From Gammaproteobacteria bacterium (GTDB lineage Bacteria; Pseudomonadota; Gammaproteobacteria; Ga0077554; Ga007554): a stretch of 64,000 nt of DNA. Location: contig JADDKJ010000002.1 of the NCBI GenBank assembly GCA_033717875.1, forward strand, positions 2,820 to 66,819, in the 5' to 3' direction. The notes below the pieces were generated by a model. That model was not told the DNA's origin, searched no databases, and saw nothing but the letters and a program-made list of their open reading frames with translations. Made by a program: the position numbers and the translations under genes. Position 1 is the stretch's first letter, and the number at the start of each line of letters is the position of its first letter. Positions 53,856 through 63,054 of this stretch are shown here, in pieces.

Positions 53856-55171
53856 TAGGAAGCGGCATCCTCCAGCCGGTATTCCACATAAGCTTCGTCA
53901 CGCAAACGGCGCAGCCAGGTCTGGTATTCCTCTTCGACCTTGCGGTTGCGAATCGCCTCGAAGGCCTGGCTGCGGTTGAATTGCTCGGTGTTGTCCTGCT
54001 CGCGCCGCTGCTGTACCTGGACGATATGCCAGCCGAATTCACTCCTGAACGGCTTGCTGATCTCGCCCGGCTGTAGCTGGCCCATAGCCTGCTCGAAGGC
54101 GGAGACCATTTCGCCCGGACTGACCCAGCCCAGCTCGCCGCCGCTGGCGGCGCTGCCCTTGTCGTCGGAATTGGCACGCGCCAACTCGGCGAAATCCGCG
54201 CCCTTTTCGATGCGTTGCCGCAATTGTTCGAGGCGGATGCTGGCATCATCGTCGCTGATCAGCTCGTTGGTCTTGATCAGAATGTGACGCGCCTGGGTCT
54301 GCGTGACCATGTGCTGCTTGCCGCCACGGTAATCGGCCACTTTTATGATGTGGAAACCGGACGGCGAACGGATGAGATCGCTCAATTCGCCTTTTTTCAT
54401 TTTCACCACCAATGGCGCGAACAGCGAGGGGAGTTGCGCAGGGCCACGCCAGCCCAAATCCCCTCCTTCGAGCGCCTGCGCGCCATCAGAAACGGCGACC
54501 GCCGTCTCGCGGAAATCAGCTCCACCGCGCAGACTGTCCAACACCCCCTGCGCTTTTTGTTTAGCCTCCTGGATCTGCTCCGGCGAAGCGGCCTCGGGCA
54601 CGCCGATCAGAATGTGCATTACGCGGTATTCATCATCCGCTCGGCCCTGACCGGCCTTATCGGCAAGCAGGCGATTGACCTCCTGCTCCGTCACGGTGAT
54701 GCGGCTATCGACTTGGCGCTGCCGCAAGCGGGTGATGGTGATTTCCTCGCGGATGTTCTCGCGGAAGCTGGCGAAATTGAATCCGTCCTTCTCCAGCGCA
54801 TCGCGAAACTCCGCCAGCGACAGCTTGTTTTGTTCGGCGATGCGCCCTATCGCGCGATTGAGCGCGTCGTCATCGACACGGATGCCGGTGCTGGCGGCGA
54901 GTTGCAATTGCAGACGATTGATCACCAGACGTTCGAGCACCTGCTTGCGCAGCGCGGCCTCGGGGGGCGTGCCACCGCCGCGCTGGCGCATCTGCTGCTT
55001 GATCACGCCGATCTCTTCATCCAGCTCGCCGCGCGTGATGATGTCGTCATTGACAATGGCAACGATACGATCGATGGCAACGGCATCCGCCGCCACCACG
55101 CCGGGCACAAGCACGGCGGCCGGCAGCATCAGCATCAAACCTGCGACTATTCTTTGTATAAACCGGATCAT
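53855..55171 (-). CDS. surA: Periplasmic chaperone / peptidyl-prolyl isomerase SurA
   Basis: 438 aa. Signal peptide, N-terminal chaperone domain ([18 protein letters not shown]), two parvulin PPIase domains (HILI motifs). Confidence 0.9.
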   Translation of the reverse strand: MIRFIQRIVAGLMLMLPAAVLVPGVVAADAVAIDRIVAIVNDDIITRGELDEEIGVIKQQMRQRGGGTPPEAALRKQVLERLVINRLQLQLAASTGIRVDDDALNRAIGRIAEQNKLSLAEFRDALEKDGFNFASFRENIREEITITRLRQRQVDSRITVTEQEVNRLLADKAGQGRADDEYRVMHILIGVPEAASPEQIQEAKQKAQGVLDSLRGGADFRETAVAVSDGAQALEGGDLGWRGPAQLPSLFAPLVVKMKKGELSDLIRSPSGFHIIKVADYRGGKQHMVTQTQARHILIKTNELISDDDASIRLEQLRQRIEKGADFAELARANSDDKGSAASGGELGWVSPGEMVSAFEQAMGQLQPGEISKPFRSEFGWHIVQVQQRREQDNTEQFNRSQAFEAIRNRKVEEEYQTWLRRLRDEAYVEYRLEDAAS

Positions 55172-55200
55172 GTCATCACAACCTTCATATAAAAATGGGC

Positions 55201-55356
55201 ACCTCTAAAAATTCGATCAAGGCGCGAGGGCAAGGCCCCCTGTTTATAAAGGGGGGGCGAAAAAGCGGAGTGTACACGCAGTCTGCCGCTTCCCGGCCCC
55301 GCATTTTGAGCCACTTTTCAACGCCGCCATCGCGGCTTTAGCGGATTTTTAGAGGT
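55201..55356. mobile_element. Repeat family D copy in surA-lptD spacer
   Basis: ACCTCTAAAAATTCGATCAAGGCGCGAGGGCAAGGCC...CGAAAAAGCGGAGTGTACACGCAGT...CATTTTGAGCCACTTTTCAACGCCGCCATCGCGGC...GGATTTTTAGAGGTAC. Core about 80% identical to the 48631 copy. Outermost termini differ. Confidence 0.65.
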
Positions 55357-55362
55357 ACCCTC

Positions 55363-57696
55363 TTATCGCCCACCTTGATAACCCAAAATACCACGCTCCA
55401 ACACCGTCCTGATCGACTGTCCGACACTCATCAGCCCCTTGAGTTCCAATTGCATCATCAACGCCCGGGTGGTCGTCGCGGTGCCCGTGGTATAACTCCG
55501 GGTGAGGATGGTGAATGCCCAGCAGCAACTGTTGTACTCCAGCCCCGCCAGCGATTCCAGGACGCGGTTATCGGGCATCGAATAGTACCAGCGCCCGATG
55601 GCGTTCCAGTTGCGGTGCAGCGGCCAGAAAAACGAGATATCCATCTGTTCAAGCTGATCGCGCCGATAGCGATAGGCCAGATTCAGGATATGATTCCGCC
55701 GCGGCTGATACTGAAGGCGGACGGATCCGCGCGCGGTCTCCTCGACATGCGGATTCCAGTGCAGATCGGCGCTCGCGGTCCAGCCCGGCGTCAGGTTGAC
55801 CGCCGCCTCGCCGATGATATTGGAGGTCGGCCGGGTTTCCACCGCGCCGCCCGGAAACGCCACGCGGCGGTCCTGCATATAGTATATCTGACCAATGCTT
55901 GCGCGGATAAGCTCCTCGCCACTGTCTCGGTTGAGCAGACGGCTCGCCAGCGCGGCGCTGAACTGATTGGCGTCACCCACGCGATCCACGCCGCTGTAGC
56001 GATTGTCGCGGAACAACTGCGTGGCGTTGAAATCCATCGCGGCACTGTCGAACACCGGCAACGCGGACTGGTCACGATACGGCGCATACAGATAAAACAG
56101 GCGCGGCTCCAGCGTCTGCAACAGCGGTGAACGGCCGATATCGAGATCACGCTCGAAAAACAGGCCGCTGTCCAGCGTGGCGACCGGCAGTGTGCGGGTC
56201 GGGTTTTCCGGCGCTCCCGGCGCGGTATTGTCCAGCGCATAGCGCGTGTGCCGCAGCACCAGCCGGGGAGTGACATAGCCCGCCGCCCGCTCCCATGGCA
56301 GGCTCACCTCGGGCTGCATATCAAGACGCGAGCCGGTCAGCTTGTCTTCCTGGTCGAACCGCACGAGCTCGCTCTGAAGACGGTAGTTCAGCGCCCCCGA
56401 ACCCGCCGGCCATGCGGCGGTCAGCAGCAATTGCGGCAGGCGGCGATAGGGGCGCAAAGCCGATGGCAGCGTCCTGTCGACCGGCTGCAAGCCTTGCACG
56501 CGCCCCAGAAAAGATAGGTTTTCCCGCTGATACGTCACATCGAAGCGGCGCTCCACAAAAGGCGTGCTGGCAACGCCCAGACTCGTGCCGAAATTCCTGA
56601 AATAATCCTTGTCGGAAACGTAATTGAGATTCAGATCGGTACCCCAGCCAGAAAGCAGACTACCCGCATGCTTATAAGCAAACATGGCGCGATCGCTGCC
56701 GTACACAGCGTCGTCTGGCAAATACTCGGCATCCACCTGCCCACGGCTGGCGCGGTTGAGATAACGGAACTCGCCATCCATCATCAAACCGCGCCGGCTC
56801 ATGTAACGGGCCGCGATCGTCGCATCGCGGTTGGGGGCGAGATTGAGATAGTACGGTATCCTGATATCCATGCCCGACACGGAGGTGTTACCGATGCGCG
56901 GGATCAAAAATCCGCTTTTGCGCTGGTTGTCGATCGGAAAGGAGATATAAGGCAAATATAAAAACGGCACCCCCATGAACCGCACCGTGGCGTTATACAT
57001 CTCGCCGGTGCCTTTGGCCTGGTCCAGCTTGATCGTGGACGAGCGCAACAACCATGCCTCGCCGCCCGGATTGCAGGTGGTGTAAGTGGATTGCTTGAGT
57101 CGCAACACATCACGGCTTTCCCTGATCGCGGTAACCGCCTCGCCACGGGCATGCTGCTCTTCGAGACGGTATTTCGCATTGTCGAATTGGCCCGTCTCCG
57201 CCCCCAGCTCGACATGCCCGGCATCGCCATCGACCGACAGATTTTCGTCGCGGTAGCGCACGTTGCCCTGCGCCTGCGCGGTATCTTTCCCCTGATCATA
57301 GATCACCGTATCGGCTTGCAACTGCTCCGGGCCACGGCGCACCAGCACATCGCCGCTGAACACCGCCAGGCTATCCTTGACGGCAAAGCCGTGATCGGCG
57401 CTTAGGTGCGTCGGCAACTCCTTCGGCGAGACCGCGCTCTTTGTGCGCGGTTTGGGCGCGGCGTGCATGTCGCACAGCCCCCACGCCCCTTCCGTCACCG
57501 GCTCCGCGGGCGCGGCGGCAAAAGCGATCGGTGCAAAGGCGCTCGACGCCAGCAGCACGAATGTAGCCAGCCGGAGGATGTTCACGAAGCGGGATTCATC
57601 TTGGTTGTTGGCCGGAAAGTTGCTTATACAAGGAGCTATACTTAGAATTTTACGCCATGACACAGCAGAGATAGACCAATCTCCACGATCCGGCAA
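55363..57696 (-). CDS. lptD: LPS-assembly outer-membrane protein LptD
   Basis: 777-aa ORF. N-terminal beta-jellyroll plus large beta-barrel, collinear with E. coli LptD (for example GFLIPRIGNTSVSGMDIRIPYYLNLAPNRDATI). Biological start probably an internal GTG near 57585 giving signal peptide (M)NILRLATFVLLASSAFAPIAFA. Confidence 0.9.
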   Translation of the reverse strand: MPDRGDWSISAVSWRKILSIAPCISNFPANNQDESRFVNILRLATFVLLASSAFAPIAFAAAPAEPVTEGAWGLCDMHAAPKPRTKSAVSPKELPTHLSADHGFAVKDSLAVFSGDVLVRRGPEQLQADTVIYDQGKDTAQAQGNVRYRDENLSVDGDAGHVELGAETGQFDNAKYRLEEQHARGEAVTAIRESRDVLRLKQSTYTTCNPGGEAWLLRSSTIKLDQAKGTGEMYNATVRFMGVPFLYLPYISFPIDNQRKSGFLIPRIGNTSVSGMDIRIPYYLNLAPNRDATIAARYMSRRGLMMDGEFRYLNRASRGQVDAEYLPDDAVYGSDRAMFAYKHAGSLLSGWGTDLNLNYVSDKDYFRNFGTSLGVASTPFVERRFDVTYQRENLSFLGRVQGLQPVDRTLPSALRPYRRLPQLLLTAAWPAGSGALNYRLQSELVRFDQEDKLTGSRLDMQPEVSLPWERAAGYVTPRLVLRHTRYALDNTAPGAPENPTRTLPVATLDSGLFFERDLDIGRSPLLQTLEPRLFYLYAPYRDQSALPVFDSAAMDFNATQLFRDNRYSGVDRVGDANQFSAALASRLLNRDSGEELIRASIGQIYYMQDRRVAFPGGAVETRPTSNIIGEAAVNLTPGWTASADLHWNPHVEETARGSVRLQYQPRRNHILNLAYRYRRDQLEQMDISFFWPLHRNWNAIGRWYYSMPDNRVLESLAGLEYNSCCWAFTILTRSYTTGTATTTRALMMQLELKGLMSVGQSIRTVLERGILGYQGGR

Positions 57697-57754
57697 ATTT
57701 TATAAAACAGTCATTATATCGTTTCTTGACCACCCGCTCCCGAGAATAAACCCC

Positions 57755-58795
57755 ATGCCCGACCGCCTGAATGAACTCACCCGCTGGCTGCGTACCGATG
57801 CCGGCCTGCCCTCGTTCGAAATCGCTCCCGCCTCGTCGGACGCCAGTTTCCGCCGTTATTTCCGCGTCCGCTATGCCGATCAGAGCCGCATCGTCATGGA
57901 CGCCCCGCCGGACAAGGAAGATTGCCGCCCGTTCATTTCCGTGGCCCGCGCCTTCCATGCACTGGGCCTGAACGTCCCCGAAATACTGGAAATCAACCTG
58001 GATCAGGGGTTTTTGCTGCTGAGCGACCTGGGCGATCGCCAATATCTGAGCGAACTCAACGAAACCAGCGTTACTTCGCTGTATGGCGATGCCATGCACG
58101 CACTGCGCATGCTGCAACATCCGGCCGCCCGCCGCACCGGTCTGCTGCCTCCTTATGACCGCGCCTTGCTGCTGCGCGAGATGGCGCTGTTCCGTGACTG
58201 GTTCATGGAAAAGCATCTGGGACTTACGCCAACTCAGGCGTTGGACAGCGTATTCGACACCCTCGCCCGTTCGGCACTGGAACAACCGCAGGTATGGGTG
58301 CACCGCGATTACCACTCGCGCAACCTGATGATCACCGCGCACGGCAACCCCGGCATTCTCGACTTCCAGGACGCCGTCACCGGCCCCGTGACCTACGACC
58401 TGGTGTCGCTGCTGCGCGACTGCTACATCGCCTGGCCGCGCGAACAGGTGGAAAGCTGGGTTGAAGAGTATCACGGCAGAGCCCTGGAAGCCGGCATCAT
58501 CGAAGATGTGGGGACGGCGCAATTCCTGCGCTGGTTCGACCTGATGGGCGTGCAGCGCCACCTCAAGGCCATCGGCATCTTCGCCCGGCTCAACATCCGC
58601 GATGGCAAACCGGGCTACCTCAAGGATATTCCGCGCACGCTGGGATATGTGGCAGACGTCAGCAGCCGTTACCCGGAGCTGGACGGTTTGAGCAGGCTGA
58701 TTCAGGAAGAGGTGCTACCGAGGATGGCACTACCGGCGCAATACGGCTATCGCCTATTGCGTCCTACACGGACTGGTGAGCGCCCGGTTGACTGA
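57755..58795 (+). CDS. amgK: N-acetylmuramate/N-acetylglucosamine anomeric kinase AmgK-like (APH-family phosphotransferase)
   Basis: ORF 57443..58795. From Met 57755, MPDRLNELTRWLRTDAGLPSFEIAPASSDASFRRYFRVRYADQSRIVMDAPPDKEDCRPFISVARAF closely parallels Pseudomonas AmgK (...ASSDASFRRYFRW...VMDAPPPQEDCRPFV). Brenner motif HRDYHSRNLM and ILDFQDA. Divergent from lptD as in Pseudomonas. Confidence 0.85.
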   Translation: MPDRLNELTRWLRTDAGLPSFEIAPASSDASFRRYFRVRYADQSRIVMDAPPDKEDCRPFISVARAFHALGLNVPEILEINLDQGFLLLSDLGDRQYLSELNETSVTSLYGDAMHALRMLQHPAARRTGLLPPYDRALLLREMALFRDWFMEKHLGLTPTQALDSVFDTLARSALEQPQVWVHRDYHSRNLMITAHGNPGILDFQDAVTGPVTYDLVSLLRDCYIAWPREQVESWVEEYHGRALEAGIIEDVGTAQFLRWFDLMGVQRHLKAIGIFARLNIRDGKPGYLKDIPRTLGYVADVSSRYPELDGLSRLIQEEVLPRMALPAQYGYRLLRPTRTGERPVD

Positions 58796-58799
58796 ACTT

Positions 58800-59081
58800 T
58801 TATGCCGCTGACTCAAGCGGAACATCCCAGCCGGGGAACAGAAGAACAGCCGGATGGCATTTCAGGGCACGAGCGAGTACTTTGGCGCGCTCCACCCCAA
58901 GGTTGACGCGACCATTTTCAATGGCTGAAATGGTAGCCTGCGGAATACCGGTAAGCTCCGACAATTGATTTTGGCTCAGTTCTTGAAGCTCGCGAATAAT
59001 GCGTACAGATTCACCGACAGAAACTTCAATGCGTTTTTTAGCAGGGCGAAACTCTTTCATGCTACGGCCTCCGATAATCAT
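58800..59081 (-). CDS. HTH (XRE-family) antitoxin of a RelE/HigB-2-type TA pair
   Basis: 93 aa. ELSQNQLSELTGIPQATISAIENGRVNLGVERAKVLARAL helix-turn-helix. Overlaps by 20 nt the upstream toxin gene. Confidence 0.8.
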   Translation of the reverse strand: MIIGGRSMKEFRPAKKRIEVSVGESVRIIRELQELSQNQLSELTGIPQATISAIENGRVNLGVERAKVLARALKCHPAVLLFPGWDVPLESAA

Positions 59082-59346
59082 GCGGTGTAACCTGAATCAC
59101 CTGAACCAACAAAACGTCAGCGACAACCCGATAGATAACCCGCCATTGCAGCCCTAAACGAGAAGAGCGATAGCCCTTCCACTCACCTGATAAGGCCTCA
59201 TCGTGGAACCCTTTGATTGCGCGCAGCCCAGGCGGGCCGGAAATTGCGGCAACATCTTTCCACTTCTCATACCGCTTTAGCACCTCCTTCGGCACGCTAG
59301 CGGAGAGCTGTTTATCGACACGGCGGTGTTCTTCAATTCTCCACAT
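59062..59346 (-). CDS. RelE/ParE-superfamily toxin (HigB-2-like mRNA interferase)
   Basis: 94 aa. MWRIEEHRRVDKQL...GLRAIKGFHDEALSGEWKGYRSSRLGLQWRVIYRVVADVLLVQVIQVTPHDY matches RelE-like fold conservation. Toxin-first arrangement. Confidence 0.8.
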   Translation of the reverse strand: MWRIEEHRRVDKQLSASVPKEVLKRYEKWKDVAAISGPPGLRAIKGFHDEALSGEWKGYRSSRLGLQWRVIYRVVADVLLVQVIQVTPHDYRRP

Positions 59347-59540
59347 ACCAAATTATGCTTATATTATTTTTGATATGTCAAGGGGCGTGACTCTTAAGCG
59401 GTATGATGTCTTGTTTAACCGGCAGCACGTAGGGCGAAAAACCTGCTGGCATTGTGCCAGATGAGACAACAACCATTCGGCGCAATACGGCTATCGCCTA
59501 TTGCACCCTACGCGGGCTGCAGATACTTGTTGGATTGCGT

Positions 59541-60290
59541 CTAAACATATACGTTTCGGTCGTCTCGAGAATAAAGAACCGGAACTTGCTTTAAGCCAGA
59601 TCTTTCTAACAGCTGTTTCGCGGCTGCCGCGCACTCTTCTGTTGCCTTTGGCGACATAACCACGGCTTCGATAAGTACGTCCAATTGCACCGGCAACCAG
59701 ACGTTTTCTGGTGGGCTATCAGCGATATTGGGCCAGTGTACAATTCGTATTTCGTTTTCGAGGCTAAAGTGAAGATCTTTCCAGAAAAAGATACTCGGTG
59801 TTCCAAAATAGTCAATCCACTGTCCGCCCGCATGATCAAAATAGTTGACCAAAGAAATATCCAGGGGCCACTTTTCAATCGCTTCATCACACGCTCTTTC
59901 GAGCGCCGCTACAGTCGACTTAACCGCGACACCCGGTGACTTTCGGACATAGCCCTTCCACATTAGGTCGAAGTCAGTATCGCCCACACACCAGCAATTG
60001 ATATAGGTACGGAGCCGATCCCGCGCTCTCGCTTCGCGCTCATTTAGAACCTCATCGGAGTCAGTAACCTTTTCAATCCACTGTTCCATATCCACCAATT
60101 GACGGCGCGAGTATGTGCCTTCAAAGCGGTCTTCAAGCCGATCTGCCCTACATAGATACAATGATCGTGTATTCAAAAGAGATTCGAACTTATACCAGTC
60201 CATGTACCGCCATACGCTAGTCGACCGATCTTCGGGCAAGCAACACTTCGAATGCACGTCTCGCTTCAGGTTTATGTACTGGTCGCTCAT
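59541..60290 (-). CDS. Hypothetical protein, possibly DUF2971-like; low-GC, likely horizontally acquired
   Basis: 249 aa. GC content visibly lower (about 50%) than flanks. N-terminal WRYMDWYKFESLLNTRSLYLCRADRLEDRFEG resembles the DUF2971 pattern (Y.S...L...L....L..S....FND..E). Family assignment is tentative. Confidence 0.45.
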   Translation of the reverse strand: MSDQYINLKRDVHSKCCLPEDRSTSVWRYMDWYKFESLLNTRSLYLCRADRLEDRFEGTYSRRQLVDMEQWIEKVTDSDEVLNEREARARDRLRTYINCWCVGDTDFDLMWKGYVRKSPGVAVKSTVAALERACDEAIEKWPLDISLVNYFDHAGGQWIDYFGTPSIFFWKDLHFSLENEIRIVHWPNIADSPPENVWLPVQLDVLIEAVVMSPKATEECAAAAKQLLERSGLKQVPVLYSRDDRNVYV

Positions 60291-60536
60291 GTTAAGAAAT
60301 CCAAACGTGAATCAACCTCACTTTCGACGCAAAAAAAGGCGTCAATAGTGAAATCTAATCCGCATTTCTTTTGCTATATTTATGAATCTTCTACAGTGAA
60401 AAAATAAAAATCATCACTATCAAAAGAAGTTTTACTGCATGGCGTCACGATCCATCAAGCACCGTTTGCTGCGGGACCACCTTCTCCCGCTGGGAAAAGA
60501 AAACAGGCGGACATAAGATAAAGAGCGCCCAGCACA

Positions 60537-61901
60537 TCACCTGACCCAAATCGTTTTCGCATTCACGAACTCACGCAGGCCGTGATATGACAGCTCGCGG
60601 CCGTAGCCGGAGGCTTTGATGCCGCCGAAGGGCAGGCGCGGATCGCTTTTGACCATGCCGTTGACGAAGCACGCGCCCGCCTCCACGCGCCGGGCCAAGG
60701 CTTCGCCGCGCGCGGCATCGCGCGTCCAGACGCTGCCGCCGAGGCCGAAACGTGAGCCGTTGGCGAGGCACAGCGCGTCTTCCTCGTCGCGTGCGCGAAT
60801 GACGATGGCCACCGGGCCGAACAATTCTTCGTCGAAGGCGCGTTGGCCGGTAGTGACATGATCGAGGATCGACGCCTGATAATAGGCGCCTGAACCGGAC
60901 AGTGGCGCGCAGCCGGTCACGGCAACGGCGCCTTGGCGGATGCTGTCGGCAACCTGCTGGTGCAGCTCGTCACGCAGGTCGGCGCGCGCCATCGGCGCCA
61001 ACGTGGTCGACTCGCTGAGTGGATCGCCGGGCTTGAGCTGCTCTACCACCGCTTTGAATCGCGCGACGAACTCGTCGGCAATGGTCTCGACGACGATGAA
61101 GCGCTTGGCGGCGATGCAGCTCTGCCCCGCATTGAGAAAACGCGAGGCCACGGCGTTGCTCACCGCCAGCTCCAGATCGGCATCCTCCAGCACGATGAAG
61201 GCATCCGACCCACCCAGCTCCAGCACCGATTTCTTCAAGTGGGCTCCGGCCACCGCCGCCACCTTGCGCCCCGCCGCTTCGCTGCCGGTGAGCGTGACGG
61301 CGTGAATGCGCGGGTCGGCGATGACCTGCTCGACCTGGGCGGCGGAAATCATCAGGGTGCGGAACACGCCCGGGGGAAACCCGCTTTCGCCAAACACCCG
61401 TTCGATGGCCTGAGCGCACTGCGGCACGTTGGAGGCGTGCTTCAAGACGCCGGTGTTACCCGCCACCAGTGCGGGCGCGGCGAAGCGGAACACCTGCCAG
61501 AAGGGGAAATTCCACGGCATGACCGCCAGCACCGTGCCCAGCGGCTGATAGGCGACGTAGCTCTTGCCGGCATCGGAAACAATCACTTCGTCGGCAAGAA
61601 AGGCCGGGCCGTGCTCGGCGTAGTAGTCGCAGGCCAGCGCGCACTTCTCGATCTCCGCCCTGGCTTCCTTGATCAGCTTGCCCATCTCCAGGGTGATAAT
61701 GCGCGCCAGCGCGTCGCGATGATCGCGCAAATACTGCGCGGCCCGGCGCATCAGGCGGCAACGTTCCGGCAGCGGCGTGACGGCCCAGCCAGGCGCGGCA
61801 GCGGTGGCCTGCGTCAGCGCCGTCTCAAGCTGCGCCGCGTCCCAGACTGGAAATTCCGCGAGCACGGCGCTGTCTACGGGGTTTATCGACTGGAATGTCA
61901 T
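60537..61901 (-). CDS. gabD: NAD(P)-dependent succinate-semialdehyde dehydrogenase (aldehyde dehydrogenase family)
   Basis: 454 aa. VMPWNFPFWQ, catalytic ELGGSDAFIV and GQSCIAAKRF, FGGIKASGYGRE. Collinear with short-form SSADH. Confidence 0.85.
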   Translation of the reverse strand: MTFQSINPVDSAVLAEFPVWDAAQLETALTQATAAAPGWAVTPLPERCRLMRRAAQYLRDHRDALARIITLEMGKLIKEARAEIEKCALACDYYAEHGPAFLADEVIVSDAGKSYVAYQPLGTVLAVMPWNFPFWQVFRFAAPALVAGNTGVLKHASNVPQCAQAIERVFGESGFPPGVFRTLMISAAQVEQVIADPRIHAVTLTGSEAAGRKVAAVAGAHLKKSVLELGGSDAFIVLEDADLELAVSNAVASRFLNAGQSCIAAKRFIVVETIADEFVARFKAVVEQLKPGDPLSESTTLAPMARADLRDELHQQVADSIRQGAVAVTGCAPLSGSGAYYQASILDHVTTGQRAFDEELFGPVAIVIRARDEEDALCLANGSRFGLGGSVWTRDAARGEALARRVEAGACFVNGMVKSDPRLPFGGIKASGYGRELSYHGLREFVNAKTIWVR

Positions 61902-61937
61902 GATGGACTCCTTGGAAGCTGTTGGCGTTTCGGGGCA

Positions 61938-62243
61938 TCACGCTGCACGTGACAGGGGATGAACTTCCTTTTCCAGCCTGTCCTCAAGCGCCTCCAACGC
62001 CACTTCCATGTCATAGTGGGATTGGAGGTTGAGCCAAAACTGCGCCTCCATGTTGAAATATCGCCCAAGCCGCAATGCGGTATCGGCGGTGATCGCACGG
62101 CGGCCATGCACAATTTCATTGATGCGCCGGGGGGTGACTCCAATATCTTTTGCGAGCCGATACTGGCTGATCCCCAGAGGCTCCAGAAATTCCGCAAGGA
62201 GAATTTCGCCAGGATGAATGGGAGAAAAATCACGCTTTGCCAT
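61938..62243 (-). CDS. higA: HigA antitoxin (XRE HTH)
   Basis: 101 aa. IHPGEILLAEFLEPLGISQYRLAKDIGVTPRRINEIVHGRRAITADTALRLGRYFNMEAQFWLNLQSHYDME. Downstream of higB with 9-nt gap. Confidence 0.85.
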   Translation of the reverse strand: MAKRDFSPIHPGEILLAEFLEPLGISQYRLAKDIGVTPRRINEIVHGRRAITADTALRLGRYFNMEAQFWLNLQSHYDMEVALEALEDRLEKEVHPLSRAA

Positions 62244-62252
62244 AATGACCTC

Positions 62253-62534
62253 TCAATGGTAGTCGGCAATTTCGACGTCGTAAGCATCGCTGCCTTGCCA
62301 TACGAAACAGATCCGCCACTGCTTGTTGATGCGTATGCTGTATTGACCTTTTCTGTCGCCACGAAGCGCCTCCAGGTGATTCGACGGTGGAACACGGAGC
62401 GTTTCAAGAAGACCTGCGGCATTCAATATCTTAAGCTTCATGCTTGCTGCGCGCTGGATTGTTTGCGGCAACTTTGTCGAAAACCGGCCGTGGAAGAGCT
62501 TTTCCGTCTCTCGACATTTGAAGGATTTGATCAT
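62253..62534 (-). CDS. higB: HigB toxin (plasmid-maintenance killer protein, RelE/ParE superfamily)
   Basis: 93 aa. MIKSFKCRETEKLFHG...LEALRGDRKGQYSIRINKQWRICFVWQGSDAYDVEIADYH, canonical HigB. Confidence 0.85.
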   Translation of the reverse strand: MIKSFKCRETEKLFHGRFSTKLPQTIQRAASMKLKILNAAGLLETLRVPPSNHLEALRGDRKGQYSIRINKQWRICFVWQGSDAYDVEIADYH

Positions 62535-62603
62535 GCTTTTTTGATACTATCCTTCCAGGATAATATCGTCAAGAGATATTAGACGGGTGCAGAGCGCCAC
62601 CTC

Positions 62604-62632
62604 TTGACATTTAAATGATAATGATTATCATT
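62604..62632 (+). promoter_or_regulatory. Sigma70-like promoter (TTGACA-16-TATCAT) overlapped by a near-perfect Fur box
   Basis: TTGACA at 62604-62609. 19-bp palindrome AATGATAATGATTATCATT (62614-62632) matches the Fur consensus GATAATGATAATCATTATC and covers the -10 TATCAT (62626-62631). Followed by GGAGG RBS and ATG at 62665. Confidence 0.65.
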
Positions 62633-62664
62633 TACAGATATCTGTTCGTGCAAGGAGGTGCCGT

Positions 62665-62943
62665 ATGCGATACATCATTGACGCCTGGCTGGAAGATGGA
62701 GATCCTCGCTTGAGCATCCGCGACGCGGACACGGGGGCGGTACGGATGCAGTGGGACTATGAGAGGCCGCGCGATGCGGTGGCGCGTGAGCGTGCGGCCA
62801 GCAAGGCGCTCCAGGGTTTGTTCAGGAAGCTGATGCTGCTGTCGTGCGCCGACAGGATCAGTCTACCGGCGCGAAGCGCCTCCCCCGGCTTCGGCGCGGA
62901 ATGCCTTGATTGCGGAGAGTGTGTCGCAGAGAAGGAGCGCTAA
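62665..62943 (+). CDS. Hypothetical small protein (92 aa) with C-terminal CxxCxxC, putatively Fur/iron-regulated
   Basis: Strong RBS CAAGGAGGTGCCGT-ATG. MRYIIDAWLEDGDPRLSIRDADTGAVRMQWDYERPRDAVARERAASKALQGLFRKLMLLSCADRISLPARSASPGFGAECLDCGECVAEKER. No family recognised. Confidence 0.55.
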   Translation: MRYIIDAWLEDGDPRLSIRDADTGAVRMQWDYERPRDAVARERAASKALQGLFRKLMLLSCADRISLPARSASPGFGAECLDCGECVAEKER

Positions 62944-63054
62944 GACTTCGAACAAGTTCGAGCAACACACCGTTCTTGACCATCACCCGCCAGACAAGGA
63001 CAATCAACGGGAAAATTTCGAGGGCCGTTGATCGTGTTTGAAGTTGAACCAGAA

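Noticed and set aside
57443-57754. N-terminal 104-codon extension of the amgK ORF (MRGLGAACMS...)
   Set aside because: Extension runs antisense across the lptD 5' end and has no AmgK homology. Homology and a proper start begin at Met 57755.
60115-60348. 77-aa ORF in the AT-rich spacer after the DUF2971-like gene
   Set aside because: Antisense to the 3' part of the 59541-60290 gene and its upstream region. No RBS. Low-complexity Arg/Ser translation.
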